A stretch of DNA of 64,000 bases from an uncultured euryarchaeote (GCA_963981035.1 CAXCCF010000004.1:1891-65890), one strand, 5' to 3'. Positions 9,563 to 21,100 are shown, counted from the stretch's first letter. Numbers and translations: made by a program. The notes: generated from the letters alone by a model not told the origin.

Positions 9563-10054
9563 TCACAGAAAAACATAGGCGAGAATTCCTCCTGCCATTG
9601 AACCAATTTCAATTCCAATTACGTGCCACAGTCCGTAACGGAATGATGGCAATTCATATTTCCACCATATACTGTTTATCCAAATCCAAACCAATACTGA
9701 AAGATAGCCACCGCAAAGTAATGGACCTACTTGAGTAAACCATATCAGTGTATAGACAAATCCAAGAGCACCTAATCCCATGGCGTATTCCTTCCAATCA
9801 CCTTTCTTATCCGGCAATAAGAATTTGTACATCAAAGGTGAGAATACCAAGGCCAAAATAATAGCCCCTTGAACCGGAGAAGGGAAGCCGTAGGGTAATT
9901 TTGGTAAAATAATCGTTTCCCAAAAGACACCGAATAATACACCAATGAGCATAGGCGATATTGCATGGCGCAAAGTGTCAGGAAGCCAATCCTCACTGGA
10001 ATTCTTTTCAGCTTCAACAGCAATAGAAGCCACTTCTATCTCAGGTTCAGCCAT
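9563..10054 (-). CDS. Hypothetical integral membrane protein (about 4 TM helices)
   Basis: Acidic N-terminus followed by four hydrophobic, Trp-rich segments. No family recognised. Confidence 0.5.
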   Translation of the reverse strand: MAEPEIEVASIAVEAEKNSSEDWLPDTLRHAISPMLIGVLFGVFWETIILPKLPYGFPSPVQGAIILALVFSPLMYKFLLPDKKGDWKEYAMGLGALGFVYTLIWFTQVGPLLCGGYLSVLVWIWINSIWWKYELPSFRYGLWHVIGIEIGSMAGGILAYVFL

Positions 10055-10158
10055 ATTGTGGGCGAGGTGCGATTTGTCCTTGAGTCTTCGGGTTTTCAGC
10101 GTTAGAAATCAAAGCATTCGCCGAATGCGATAAAGACCCTTGCCCTTTGCATAGTCAC

Positions 10159-11061
10159 ATGGCGAAGGGCAAAATTGTCGCAGGATGCATAGCACCACAC
10201 CCGCCGCATCTTGTTTATGCTGAAAATCCAGACCAAAATGAACCTACATCTGAAGGGGGATGGGAACAATTACGTTGGGGTTATGAAAGACTTCGCGAAT
10301 CTATTTCAGCGATTGAACATGATGTAATAGTAATCCTTTCACCCCATTGGCAAACATATGTCGGAACCCATTTTTTAGGGCTGGAAAACTTCCAAAGTTT
10401 GAGCGTAGACCCTGTATTCCCTAACCTCTTTAGGTATCATTATGACCTAAATGTTGATGTGAAATTAGCAAAACAAATCCACGATAAGGCCGAAAAATCA
10501 GGACTATCTGTAAAAATGATGGAAAATCCTGATTTCAGAGTTGATTATGGAACCATTACTACTGGCCATTTATTCAATCCAAAATGGGACAAGCCGCTTG
10601 TTGTTATTTCTTCAAACCGTTCAACTGATTATTATTCTCCAGAAGTGATGCAAGAGATGATGATTGAACTTGGAAGAATCACTAGAGAAACTATTGAGGA
10701 AAGTGGCAAGAAGGCAATATTGCTGGCGAGTAATTCGTTATCTCATCGCCACTTTACCACCGAAGCAGAAATTCCCGAAGACATGAGCAAAGAGCATATC
10801 ACCAGTCATGCAATGCATCTTTGGGACATGAGAATTATCGATTATATTCGTAGTGGCCAAACGCAAAGAATCCTAGATGAAATGCCCGAATTTATTGAAC
10901 AAGCGATTGCGGAAAGTGATGGCGGCGGTTTGTCGTGGCTGATTTCGGCATTAGATACACCGGAATACCCTGCCATATTGCATGGATATGGGACGATTAT
11001 TGGAACTGGTAATGCCGTCGTTGAATGGCCTTGTTACAAGCATGAGGGGGAATCACAATGA
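10159..11061 (+). CDS. Class III extradiol ring-cleavage dioxygenase, LigB family, catalytic-type subunit (AmnB-like)
   Basis: His-containing motifs IAPHPPH, LSPHW, VDYGT, SNSLSHRH in LigB-family order. Track start 10147 is TTG; ATG at 10159. Confidence 0.7.
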   Translation: MAKGKIVAGCIAPHPPHLVYAENPDQNEPTSEGGWEQLRWGYERLRESISAIEHDVIVILSPHWQTYVGTHFLGLENFQSLSVDPVFPNLFRYHYDLNVDVKLAKQIHDKAEKSGLSVKMMENPDFRVDYGTITTGHLFNPKWDKPLVVISSNRSTDYYSPEVMQEMMIELGRITRETIEESGKKAILLASNSLSHRHFTTEAEIPEDMSKEHITSHAMHLWDMRIIDYIRSGQTQRILDEMPEFIEQAIAESDGGGLSWLISALDTPEYPAILHGYGTIIGTGNAVVEWPCYKHEGESQ

Positions 11062-12491
11062 GTGAAGGAGAGATTATTGGTTCGTATATTGTTCCTGTTC
11101 ATCCTCATACCTACTTAGTTCCAGAACAAAACCCTGGTTGGACTAATCTGAGGGCTGCATTCGATGAAGCGGCCCTTCGTATCAAAAACAGTGAAGCAGA
11201 CTTGTTAATAATTTACTCAACTACTTGGCCGAGTATAATCGGGCATCAAATACAAGCCGACCCAAATCCTGAATGGGTAATGGTTGACCATGATTTCCAT
11301 GACCTCGGCTCTATTCCATATTCTTTCAAGATTGATGCCGAATTTGCTAATGCTTGGAATGAAGCAAATCATCAGCGAGGACTGAAAAGTCGCACAGTAA
11401 ACTACTATGGATTTCCAATAGATGTTGGCTCTGTTGTTGCCCTAAAACTATTGAATCCAGATAATGCAATTCCTGCGGTCATCGTATCATCAAACGTTTA
11501 TGCAAATCGTTCTGAAACATCAGTGCTTGCAAAAGCATGTCTTGATGTTGTTCGTAGTACTGGCCGTAAGGCAATTGCAATTACTGCTATGTCACTTTCT
11601 AACCGAATGTTCACCGAAAATATTGCACCTGAAGATGACAAAATTCACTCATTGAAAGATGATGAATGGAATAGTAAAATTCTCGAATTGGTTGAAATGG
11701 GTCGCCTTGAGGATGTTGGACAATTATCACGAACCATTCAAGAACAAATCCGAGTTCGAAAAGTGGTCGCATTCAAACCTATGTGGTGGCTTTCTGCAAT
11801 GAATGACAACAGAAATGATCTGACTGGCGAAGTGTTGGCATATGAGGCAATTCATGGCGCTGGGGCTGCTGTAATACATTTGGACCCAACTTCTTGCGGA
11901 ACTGGCGACAAAGAATACGATGAAGATGATGTGGAATATTTCCATGGTGACCGCGGTGTTCTAGAATCAAGCGATTTAGAAACAACGGATATGGATGATT
12001 CATTAGAAGAAATTGATGATGAGTTAATTGTTGAAGATAATGGACCAGACTTATGGGAACCAACCACTGCTGATGGTTCTGTAAATACTGAATCAGCACC
12101 TAAGCCAGTGGGAGCATACCCTCATGCGAGAAGAGTTGGAGATTTGTTATATCTTTCAGGTGTAGGCCCTCGTCAAGCCTTAGACAATTCAATTCCAGGC
12201 GGTCCAATACATGATGAAGATGGGGAGCCGCTCGATTATGATATCAAAGCTCAAACACATGCAGTAATCGATAATATTTCCCGTATCTTAGAAGAGGCTG
12301 GTTCATCACTTGACCAAGTTATTGATGTCACTACATTCTTAGTTGATATGAAAAGAGATTTCCAAGGCTACAATGAAGTGTGGGCCGAAACATTAGGTCA
12401 AATTGGCCCTACTAGAACGACTTTAGCAATTCGAGCATTACCTACTCCTATTGCTGTTGAAATGAAAGTTATTGCACAATTATCTGAATGA
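11058..12491 (+). CDS. Fusion protein: LigB-family non-catalytic-type (AmnA-like) domain + acidic linker + RidA/YjgF/UK114 domain
   Basis: The ATGA overlap with the upstream gene suggests translational coupling. The N-terminal ~290 aa are paralogous to the preceding ORF but with degenerate motifs (SLSNRM instead of SLSHRH). Residues ~347-477 (12096-12488) read PKPVGAYPHARRVGDLLYLSGVG...TTFLVDM...RTTLAIRALP, a RidA-family pattern. Confidence 0.7.
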   Translation: MSEGEIIGSYIVPVHPHTYLVPEQNPGWTNLRAAFDEAALRIKNSEADLLIIYSTTWPSIIGHQIQADPNPEWVMVDHDFHDLGSIPYSFKIDAEFANAWNEANHQRGLKSRTVNYYGFPIDVGSVVALKLLNPDNAIPAVIVSSNVYANRSETSVLAKACLDVVRSTGRKAIAITAMSLSNRMFTENIAPEDDKIHSLKDDEWNSKILELVEMGRLEDVGQLSRTIQEQIRVRKVVAFKPMWWLSAMNDNRNDLTGEVLAYEAIHGAGAAVIHLDPTSCGTGDKEYDEDDVEYFHGDRGVLESSDLETTDMDDSLEEIDDELIVEDNGPDLWEPTTADGSVNTESAPKPVGAYPHARRVGDLLYLSGVGPRQALDNSIPGGPIHDEDGEPLDYDIKAQTHAVIDNISRILEEAGSSLDQVIDVTTFLVDMKRDFQGYNEVWAETLGQIGPTRTTLAIRALPTPIAVEMKVIAQLSE

Positions 12492-12501
12492 TAATCGTTG
12501 T

Positions 12502-15138
12502 TCAAGAGACTCTGGACCAAGTCCCATCGCTGGAAACATCCCAATATTGTACTTCTTCACTGACATCAACATACCACCCAGTGGCACCTTGTTCTGTACC
12601 TGGTGCTGCTTGCATGACACCTATTTCTGCAGCCGCTGTTGCTAATTTTGTTCTCATTTCTGCATCGATCCATTCTCCATTGGATTGTTCTTCGGATTTT
12701 GGTTCCTCAGTAGCGTCATCATCCTGCGTTGTTGTAGTCTCGATTTTATCTTCATCATAATCAAATGCATCTTCAACCCAATCCTCTTCAGAAACTTGGT
12801 TTGCCTTACGTATTAGAACAATTAAAGTAACCAAAATCAATGATAGAAGGAATGCTCCTAGTCCCATTGCAGTATTGGTTGAACCAACTGCACCACCAAG
12901 TAATACAGATTCTACATCAAAGAAATTTTTAGCCATTAATCCGTTCCACATTATAGTACAATATCTATCGTTTCCAGCAGTTGTAATTTCTACTTCCCAA
13001 GTATCTCCAGTCACATGAGATGTTGGTCCTGCTGAGCATGAAACAGTAGTATTCGCTTCGTCTATTGTCACTTCATTACCAAAAGAATCTATTCCATTTG
13101 CCCTATACAAGAATACATCTCCCTGTGCTAATGAATCACTATCAAGTTCTGCAATTATACGAATTGCATTACCCGGCAATATCGTCAATTCAATATCACG
13201 AGATGCATCTCCTTCTTCTATCGTCAGCACATATTCTCCCGCTGTTTTTCCGGTGAAGGACCAATATCCGACACCTGCAGAGGAGGTTTCCAAAGTGCCA
13301 ATCTCCGTATCCAAATCACTGGATAAGTCATTACTAGGCCCGGTATTTCCATGAACATCAACCACTTGTACAAACATGTCAATACTTTCACCGGCTATTG
13401 CGACAAATCCTGCATCCTTGTCAGAAATCAAATGTTGTGCAGAACCTGCAACTACTGTAAATCTAATCGTTGCAAAAATACCATCAGCATTTGCTCTAAT
13501 TTCATGACCACCAACAACTGATGAAGAAAAATAACCTTGTGATAATATCATCTCTAAGGTAGAGTCAACATCATCTATTGTCCAATTGACATCAACCCCC
13601 AATATTTCGTTTCCGTAGGCATCTGCAAATTGTGGCTCCAATAAAAATGGGGTATCTGCCGGGAGTATCATCGAGCCTCCATTTAGGTGAATGAATGCAA
13701 GTTTACCATGAGAAACTTCTATTTGATTTGCGACATTATATCTTGAATCTGTATTATTATCAAACCAAGTACCCTCAAATCTCCAAATTCCGACTGATTG
13801 TGGATTAAATACAGCGTGATCTGATTCAATCTGAGTCAATGAAGCATTTCCTGAAGATAATGTGATTTCTGCATTTACTGGCCAATAGTTTCCTGAACGG
13901 TCAACTGCTTCAAAGACGACTACACATTGATTTCCCGCAGTTAAATGAGATTTGCTAAATGAAAGAATTGCATCAATTGCATTTCCATGGACGACATTTA
14001 CTTCTAAACTTGAAAGTACGTCTTCATCAATCACTTGTATTGTGACTTGCCCTGTAGAACTTGGAGTCCACCAAATCTTTTCATCTTCATAGTGAAGTCC
14101 TCCACTTGTAATTGACCAATTTGATAATGGTGGAATTACATAACCAGAATAACCATTGTTATCTGTTCTAATAGTTGCGACTTCATACGCAGTTCCAGCA
14201 GAATATGATTCCAAATCTTCCATTATTACCAATTGGGAAATTAATGCATTTGCAGGGACTACAAATATGCTGCCGTTACCAATAATACCACCTGCTGTGA
14301 TTGAGATATTCCATAGACCCGGCACTGATGCCTGATACAGACCTTGGCTGTTAACCGAACCATTTTCTGCATACCATGCTACTGAGCCAGCGGCTGAACG
14401 ATTCATTGCAAAACCGTTAGCATCAACTAATTCAGGCTCCAATAATACTGATTGCCCTGAACGTACTTGAATTCCTTCAGGGAAAATAAATTCAAAAGGA
14501 GAACCGGGGTTTACTTCAACGGCTTCATTGGTTTCCATCTGATTCAATCGTGCTTTAATATTCGCAGTTCCAATATCATCTGCAATCCATTGAGGACTTC
14601 CTTGGCCAATATATACTCCATCAATAGTCCATACTACTTCGCTGCTAATCCGCTCATTTCCTCTTGAATCAACTTCGTTAGCCACTAGTGTATAGGGTTG
14701 CAATACTTGTGGTGATAGTGTCGTAATACGCAATGTGTTAGCCTGACCAGGTGTGACCGTTATGTTATATGTCGCATTTAATGTCAAATGATCTGCTCGG
14801 ATTTCAATTAATCCTGCTGTCCAAGGAAAGAATAATCCATTGCTATCAATGGACCCATTGCTACAACTCCAAACGATTTCACCTTCTGCGATATTGTTTA
14901 CTGAATCATATAATATTGCAGTGAAATCTAACACTTCATCAGCAGACATCGAATATTGTGGAGATGTCACTTCAATTCTTGTTGGAGTTCCTGCTTGCAT
15001 TATTGACTCATTATCTAAGGTCGATACTGTTACTGGCTGAAAGGCTTGAGTCAACAAAATAGATAGGATGAAGAAAAATATTAATTTTCCATTTACTACA
15101 TTATCTCGCATAAAACCACCTAAGATGGAAATGAACAT
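12502..15138 (-). CDS. Secreted, C-terminally membrane-anchored surface protein with tandem Ig-like (Big_2-like) domains (878 aa)
   Basis: N-terminal signal/anchor KLIFFFILSILLTQAFQ. Repeated W..xNGS(I/V)xSxGL(F/Y)...G...I and VDxxGN strands. C-terminal TM LGAFLLSLILVTLIVLI plus an acidic, Trp-containing tail. ATG 15138-15136 shares one base with the TGA of the upstream giant gene. Confidence 0.75.
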   Translation of the reverse strand: MFISILGGFMRDNVVNGKLIFFFILSILLTQAFQPVTVSTLDNESIMQAGTPTRIEVTSPQYSMSADEVLDFTAILYDSVNNIAEGEIVWSCSNGSIDSNGLFFPWTAGLIEIRADHLTLNATYNITVTPGQANTLRITTLSPQVLQPYTLVANEVDSRGNERISSEVVWTIDGVYIGQGSPQWIADDIGTANIKARLNQMETNEAVEVNPGSPFEFIFPEGIQVRSGQSVLLEPELVDANGFAMNRSAAGSVAWYAENGSVNSQGLYQASVPGLWNISITAGGIIGNGSIFVVPANALISQLVIMEDLESYSAGTAYEVATIRTDNNGYSGYVIPPLSNWSITSGGLHYEDEKIWWTPSSTGQVTIQVIDEDVLSSLEVNVVHGNAIDAILSFSKSHLTAGNQCVVVFEAVDRSGNYWPVNAEITLSSGNASLTQIESDHAVFNPQSVGIWRFEGTWFDNNTDSRYNVANQIEVSHGKLAFIHLNGGSMILPADTPFLLEPQFADAYGNEILGVDVNWTIDDVDSTLEMILSQGYFSSSVVGGHEIRANADGIFATIRFTVVAGSAQHLISDKDAGFVAIAGESIDMFVQVVDVHGNTGPSNDLSSDLDTEIGTLETSSAGVGYWSFTGKTAGEYVLTIEEGDASRDIELTILPGNAIRIIAELDSDSLAQGDVFLYRANGIDSFGNEVTIDEANTTVSCSAGPTSHVTGDTWEVEITTAGNDRYCTIMWNGLMAKNFFDVESVLLGGAVGSTNTAMGLGAFLLSLILVTLIVLIRKANQVSEEDWVEDAFDYDEDKIETTTTQDDDATEEPKSEEQSNGEWIDAEMRTKLATAAAEIGVMQAAPGTEQGATGWYVDVSEEVQYWDVSSDGTWSRVS

Positions 15139-18100
15139 CAATCAGTCCATTCTTCCCAATCATCTTCACCAGGCAGACGGTACCACCAAGTTCCGGAATC
15201 ATCTTCCCACCACTCAGTTCCTTCGTCATCTACGCGATAACTTTCATCTTTGGTAAAATCAGTTTCCTCTGGTTCAATTTCAGGTACTGGCTTAGGAGTA
15301 GGAGCTGGGCCGGCTGGACCGGTAGGACCGGCTCCACCACCGCGAGTAGGTTTTCTTCTCTCAGTGATTGGCTCATCATCGTCATCATCATCCTCATCCT
15401 CATCCTCATCCCACTCGTCATCATTTCCGCTCAATACCATCTTCAATACGAATAGTAGTACAATCGCAATTGCTGCTGCCAAAAATGCTCCGATATAGTA
15501 TAAGATACCGCCTGCTTCAAAGAATCCTTGAAGTGTTCCAGTGACTGTGAAAGTTCGCTCTTCATTGACTTGTCCTGAATTAACTGTAATAGTTTGAGTT
15601 CCTTCATCAAGAGTTATTATTCTCCAAACGCCATCGCCTTGAGATAGAACTTGCGCTCTACCTGTTGAATCAACAAGTGTGCTTGAAGGCACTGGGATCT
15701 TGTTCCAATATTCATCATATGCAGTTACATTAACCATGAACTCGCCAAGTTGTTCAACTTCTTCAAGAGAAAGTTCAACCTTGAGATGCGCAACAATTCT
15801 CTTTGCACTTACTGCTAATTCAATTTCGTTACTAACGGTTAGTGAACTACTAAATGTCAAAAGATGTGGACCTTCAATTCTTGCCTGGTAGGTATAGATT
15901 CCCTCATCTGTCGTTGAGTTGATATCATGAGCTACTGCATCGTTTTCTTGCCATTCGACATTTTGCGGGAAGGTGTTTCCATCGCTATCAGTTCCAGTAA
16001 TCGCTATTGTAATTTGATATCCAGCTGTTGCAGTATTTGCATCTTCAGAAGCGTGAAGACTTACAGCTTGTCCATGATGTACGATAATGCTTACCGTATC
16101 ACCAATTGGATAGCCTGATTCACTGATATTGAATGCACGAATTGAATAATTACCAACCTTTTCTGCTTGCCAACGACCAATAGTTTGGATGTCATTTGTA
16201 ATATCGGTTTCTTCACCATTTGATTCGTCGGTTAGAATCCATTTAAGAATACTTGAATCAATAGGATTTTGGTCTTCATCCGATAAGTCTGCAGCGAAAT
16301 CAATCCAGTCATCAGCAGTTAAATCATATGCTGCTAATCCTGTATCATCTTCGCTGCTAATTGAACTCAAAACGATATTGGTTAGTTCTCCATGAGAGAC
16401 TGTTGCATTAATTGAGATTTCATGAACCATATTGCCATCATCATATGTTGCTGTAATTGTATATGGTGTTGTAGATGCATGATATGGAACGAAAGTGGTT
16501 TGATCACTTTCAATTTGTTCTAATACTCCTTGATCGTTCCAAAGTGCATGAGAAATAGACCAATTCGCAGTGACTGTCCAGCGATTGCCCTTTGCGTCAA
16601 TTGCCTTGACCTTAACCGCTAATGTGTCATCTGCGGTAAGTGGCATCATTTGCCAACTAGAATCTTCAGAGTCAACGATAAGAACGAGAGTATTAATCTC
16701 TCCTTCTGAAACTGTAATTGTCACTTCGGCAGTAATAAATTCATATCTTGCTTCTAATATCTTAGCACCTCTTGTAACTGGGTCCCAAACTGCAGGCGCG
16801 CCAGCACTCAATTGTCCGTCGGCTATCTTTGTCCAATTTTCAATAGGCAAAACAACTGTCATTCTATTTCCACGAACATCTATTCTTGTTGTGTTGATAT
16901 ACACTCGCTCATCAGCAGTAATTGATGTTGAAGAAGTTGCGAGTTCAAGACTCTGCATCTCTCCATGACCTACTGTAATGTTAATTTCAGCGGATGCACC
17001 TGATACCGATGTAAGAGTTAGTGTCCATGTTCCGAGGTGATCTGGGAAATATTGTTCATTGATTTCACTGTAATTGCCATTATTGGTAGTCCAAGACAAC
17101 AAGCCCGCTTCTGTTGAGTTTAGCACATTGCCATATTGGTCGAATAACGTATGCGTGATATCACACCACTCACCAGCAGGAACTACTCCTTCACAACCGG
17201 TTAACTCGAAATGAGATGGAGCACCTGTATCGACTGCAATTTGAACATCCACAGATTGTGTACCCCACGTGACTGTAACGGTTTGAGCACCTGAAGCAAA
17301 TGGATAGAAAATATTTCCATTAACACCGCCCATTGTGCCATTTGAAGCAGAGTATGTGATTAATTCACCAGCAACGATATTACCAAATTGGTCAACTACA
17401 GATGCTGTTATTTCCAACGATTCATCGGATGTAATCTGACCCGTTAACGGAGTGACATCAAGTGTTGTCGGGCTGCCAGGTGTAACGGTTATTGATTCGC
17501 TGGAACAAATTAATCCAAAGCAAGCGGTAATCGTATGAGTTCCAGCATTTCTTGGAGTAAACAATCCGAATGAATCGATGCTACCATCACTAGAACTCCA
17601 AGTCACAGGTGCGATGAGTTGCAATGCTTGGTGATTATATGCTTGATGAGAGAAACTAAAGGTTGTGTCAGCATCTGTCGTAGGAGCTGTTGGTGAGATT
17701 GCAACACTGCTAACATTAGTTGTGTTCAGTTGAATCTTTGGCCTATATGAAGGCGTGGAATATTCACTTGAGTACATGTCAATTGTGAGGTCTCCAGCAT
17801 TTGGAGTTGCAATAAGAACCCATTGATTATCGTTATCAATTAGCATACCATTTACTCCGATATCAAGCCAGAACCAACCTGTTGCAGTGGATGGAAGTGT
17901 CATTGTACTGATTGCAGTAGCATCATATTCTACACCTGCTTGAAGACCAGGGGTACTCCAATTTGTTCCTGGTGTTGATTGATTCCATGATGAAGCAGAT
18001 TGACTCCAACTAGACGATAACATTCTGTGTACTGAAATATCTAGGGTAGATGCGCCACCTGACGCAGACATAGAGTAGATATAGAATCCAAGGCTTGCAG

Positions 18101-21100
18101 AATGAATGTTCTGGAATGGTGCAAATGGAATTTGTGAATTATCCAATCCAATAATGACTCGGCATTTGGCATTTGTGACTGAATCGCAACCTGTACCCAA
18201 ACTGAGATAATCAACATCACCATTATTGATTTCAGGATTTGCTTCACTCAGTGTGCTATCTCTAATATTGGTGTGGCCAAATTGTAGCACTTCGTTTCCA
18301 GTTTGGAAATCATATGTAAAGGTTAGATCTTGGTTATCCGTATGCGATGGGTCACCTATCGCAAACGACCAGCGTGCAGATGAAGGTCCAGGTATTGTTT
18401 GATTTACACCTTGTACCCACCACGAAAATACATCGCCTGCGTCTAAAATATTGTTAAAGCGGAATGTTGTTCCGTTAATGTATGTGCTTTCCCAGGATTT
18501 GTATTTGTATACACCTGTTGCATTTGCAATTGTCACGATATATCCGCTCGCTCCAGTCACAGGATTCCAGGATAATGTAGGAGATGTCTGACTTTGTAGG
18601 ACGACTTCGCTGTCATCGTATAACACACTTCCATCTAATGGGAATACCAAAGATGGCTGTCCAGGAGGAACAATTCCAGCGGTATTATCAACATAATCCA
18701 ATACTAACTGTGGACGACGTGATTCGTTTGCAGTGTAGTCACTTGAGAAGAAACGATGAGTCGTACTTGGTGTTCCAACTACCTTTAGCAATATGGTCAT
18801 AGTTGTATTTCCATTAGCGATATTCGATTGCGCTAGACTTGTCAAGTCAAATTCATGCCAGCCATTAGGTGGCATCAATGTAAGAGTTGTACGAGTTAGT
18901 TCAGATGTTGAACAAGTCGGTGCATTACTCCATGTTGCAGTTGATTCACTGAAAGAAGAACATGCATGAGCTGAAACTGTGGTTGAAGTAGACCCGACAA
19001 CTTGCTGCCTCCAAAGTTTGAGTACCATTGAAGTTGGTGTCATCGCTGCAGGCCATGGAATATCACCCAAATAGAATTCAAGTAATATTTGGCTTTCACC
19101 AGTTCCTGAAGATGTTGTACCCAAATCGAGTACTGTGCTCGCTCCTTGATTGCTTGTTACTGTAGATTCTAGTTCCACATCCGGTACAATTGGCACTAAT
19201 CCACTTTCAGAGAAGATAGATCCGCGAGACAATATTACTGTATGATTGCCATCACCATCATCGTATCCAATATTTCCAGGAGTTCTGAAACTGTGGACAT
19301 CAGACCATTCACCAACACGATTGTCTTGGTATGCTCTTACGCGCCAATAAGTCCATTCATCATTATCTGAATTATTGGTGACTGACATAGTATTGGTAGT
19401 GGAATTGAATGTAAGATTATGTGCAGGTAATTCTAACATGTCTATGCATTCGGAATATACCATGCGTGGAGAGTCTGAATGACAAGCGATCCAACTAGTT
19501 TCATTGTTTTGGTGCTCTGTCCAATTAGCATCAAATTCGGTTAGTCCCGAAGGTCTAGGTGTGCTAGTATTCCATAGTGTAGTACCATCTGCTGGTAATA
19601 ACCCAGTTGCTGCTGAAGGAATCCATGGAGCTTGTTCAACATAGGTGAAATTAATTCTTGGTCTTTGGGAAATCATTGATGCTTCACTACTGTGTAACGC
19701 ATATACCCCCATTGTATTCGTGCCAAATGATTCTCCTTGAATTACAAGAGAGATGGAACTTTGCCCATTGTAAATTGCTGCTTGAATCGCTGCGGTCAAG
19801 TTCCACACAACTGTGCCGCCAGATGAATTAATCCACTGTCCTTCAGTAAATGGAAGGTCACTATCACCGCTGTGATGTGCTCCTTGAACTAACCAATTTG
19901 TTGAATTGGATGGAGAATTCCATGTCGATGATTCATTCCAATTAGTATTCATTACTGATACTGAAGTAAATACTGAACCAGAACCCATACTGGATACAAC
20001 AGACATTTCCAATGTAGCATTTTGAACCTCATATACACTTGGTAACGGTATTACTCCTAGGTCAAATGAAATTAGTGAATTTGCGTAATGAGTACTAGAT
20101 AAAGGACTTCTTCCAACGTACATTGTCGTTGAATTACCAAAATTAGTAAATCTATTTCCACTGTCAACATATACATCTTCAGTCACAGTTGGATATGATA
20201 ATGGATCTACATATGCACCTTCTTGTATTGTGACCCAAGCAGTGGTAGAATCTACTTCTCCACCCATTTCTTCAGGAATATGAAATACTGTTGAGGCACT
20301 TCGAGGCCCTAGCATTTCATCAACAACCGGTTGTACCATCCATCGCACTTCGCGGGTGTGATCTATGTCCATACCCGGAGTGAATGTTAGATTTGTCAAA
20401 TCAAATAATTGTGGCTGTGTTCTTGAATCATAAGTGGTTAAACCTTCCATTTCTTCATTCGCATCAGCCATGATGAATAATCTCCAATCATCAATATTTG
20501 CTGCATTGGCATGAGTCCAAGACAAAATTGGCTTGTATTCAGGAATTGGTGCATGAGAAGTTAGATTCCAAGTTATTCCATTATGAGATGGACCAACATT
20601 GCTTCCCGCTACAGTTGGTATTGTTGCACTTCCATTTGACCAAGTTAAATTTAACCAAGGCTTATCGGATGAAGTGCTATCTGTTGAGATAAATTGTACA
20701 AGGTCTTGAGTAACAGTTCCTGAGGTATAAATCATCAGTGATAATTCGCTGGAACCTGCGGCTTGTGCTGCTTGAATTGCTTCAGTGACATCCCAAGTCA
20801 TCCAATCTGCTGACACACTGTCTTGGATGTCAACATTATTTCCAATATCAGTTCCTATATGCCTTCCACCGAGTGCAGACCAATTGTTAACTCCATCATA
20901 GGTAGTATCGTTTGCATCGGAATTCCAGTTTTGCAGTACTGGCCTAATTGCTATTGGCTCGTCAATGGCTGAACCAAATATTGAGTAAAGGTTCAAATCA
21001 GCATTGGTAATTCTTGCATTACTCGGAGTAGGCAATTGGTTGAGTGGTATTTTTATCAATCCTGCAGATTGATAACCATTTGGCATTTCTCCTACATTGA

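Noticed and set aside
12488-12760. 90-aa plus-strand ORF starting inside the stop region of the LigB-RidA gene.
   Set aside because: It lies antisense to the C-terminal tail of the 878-aa surface protein and gives a Ser/Val-rich nonsense translation.
15373-15423. A repetitive TCA/TCC tract that at first glance looks like a microsatellite or array.
   Set aside because: It is in frame and simply encodes the poly-Asp/Glu segment of the cytoplasmic tail. There is no spacer/repeat organisation, so it is not a CRISPR array.
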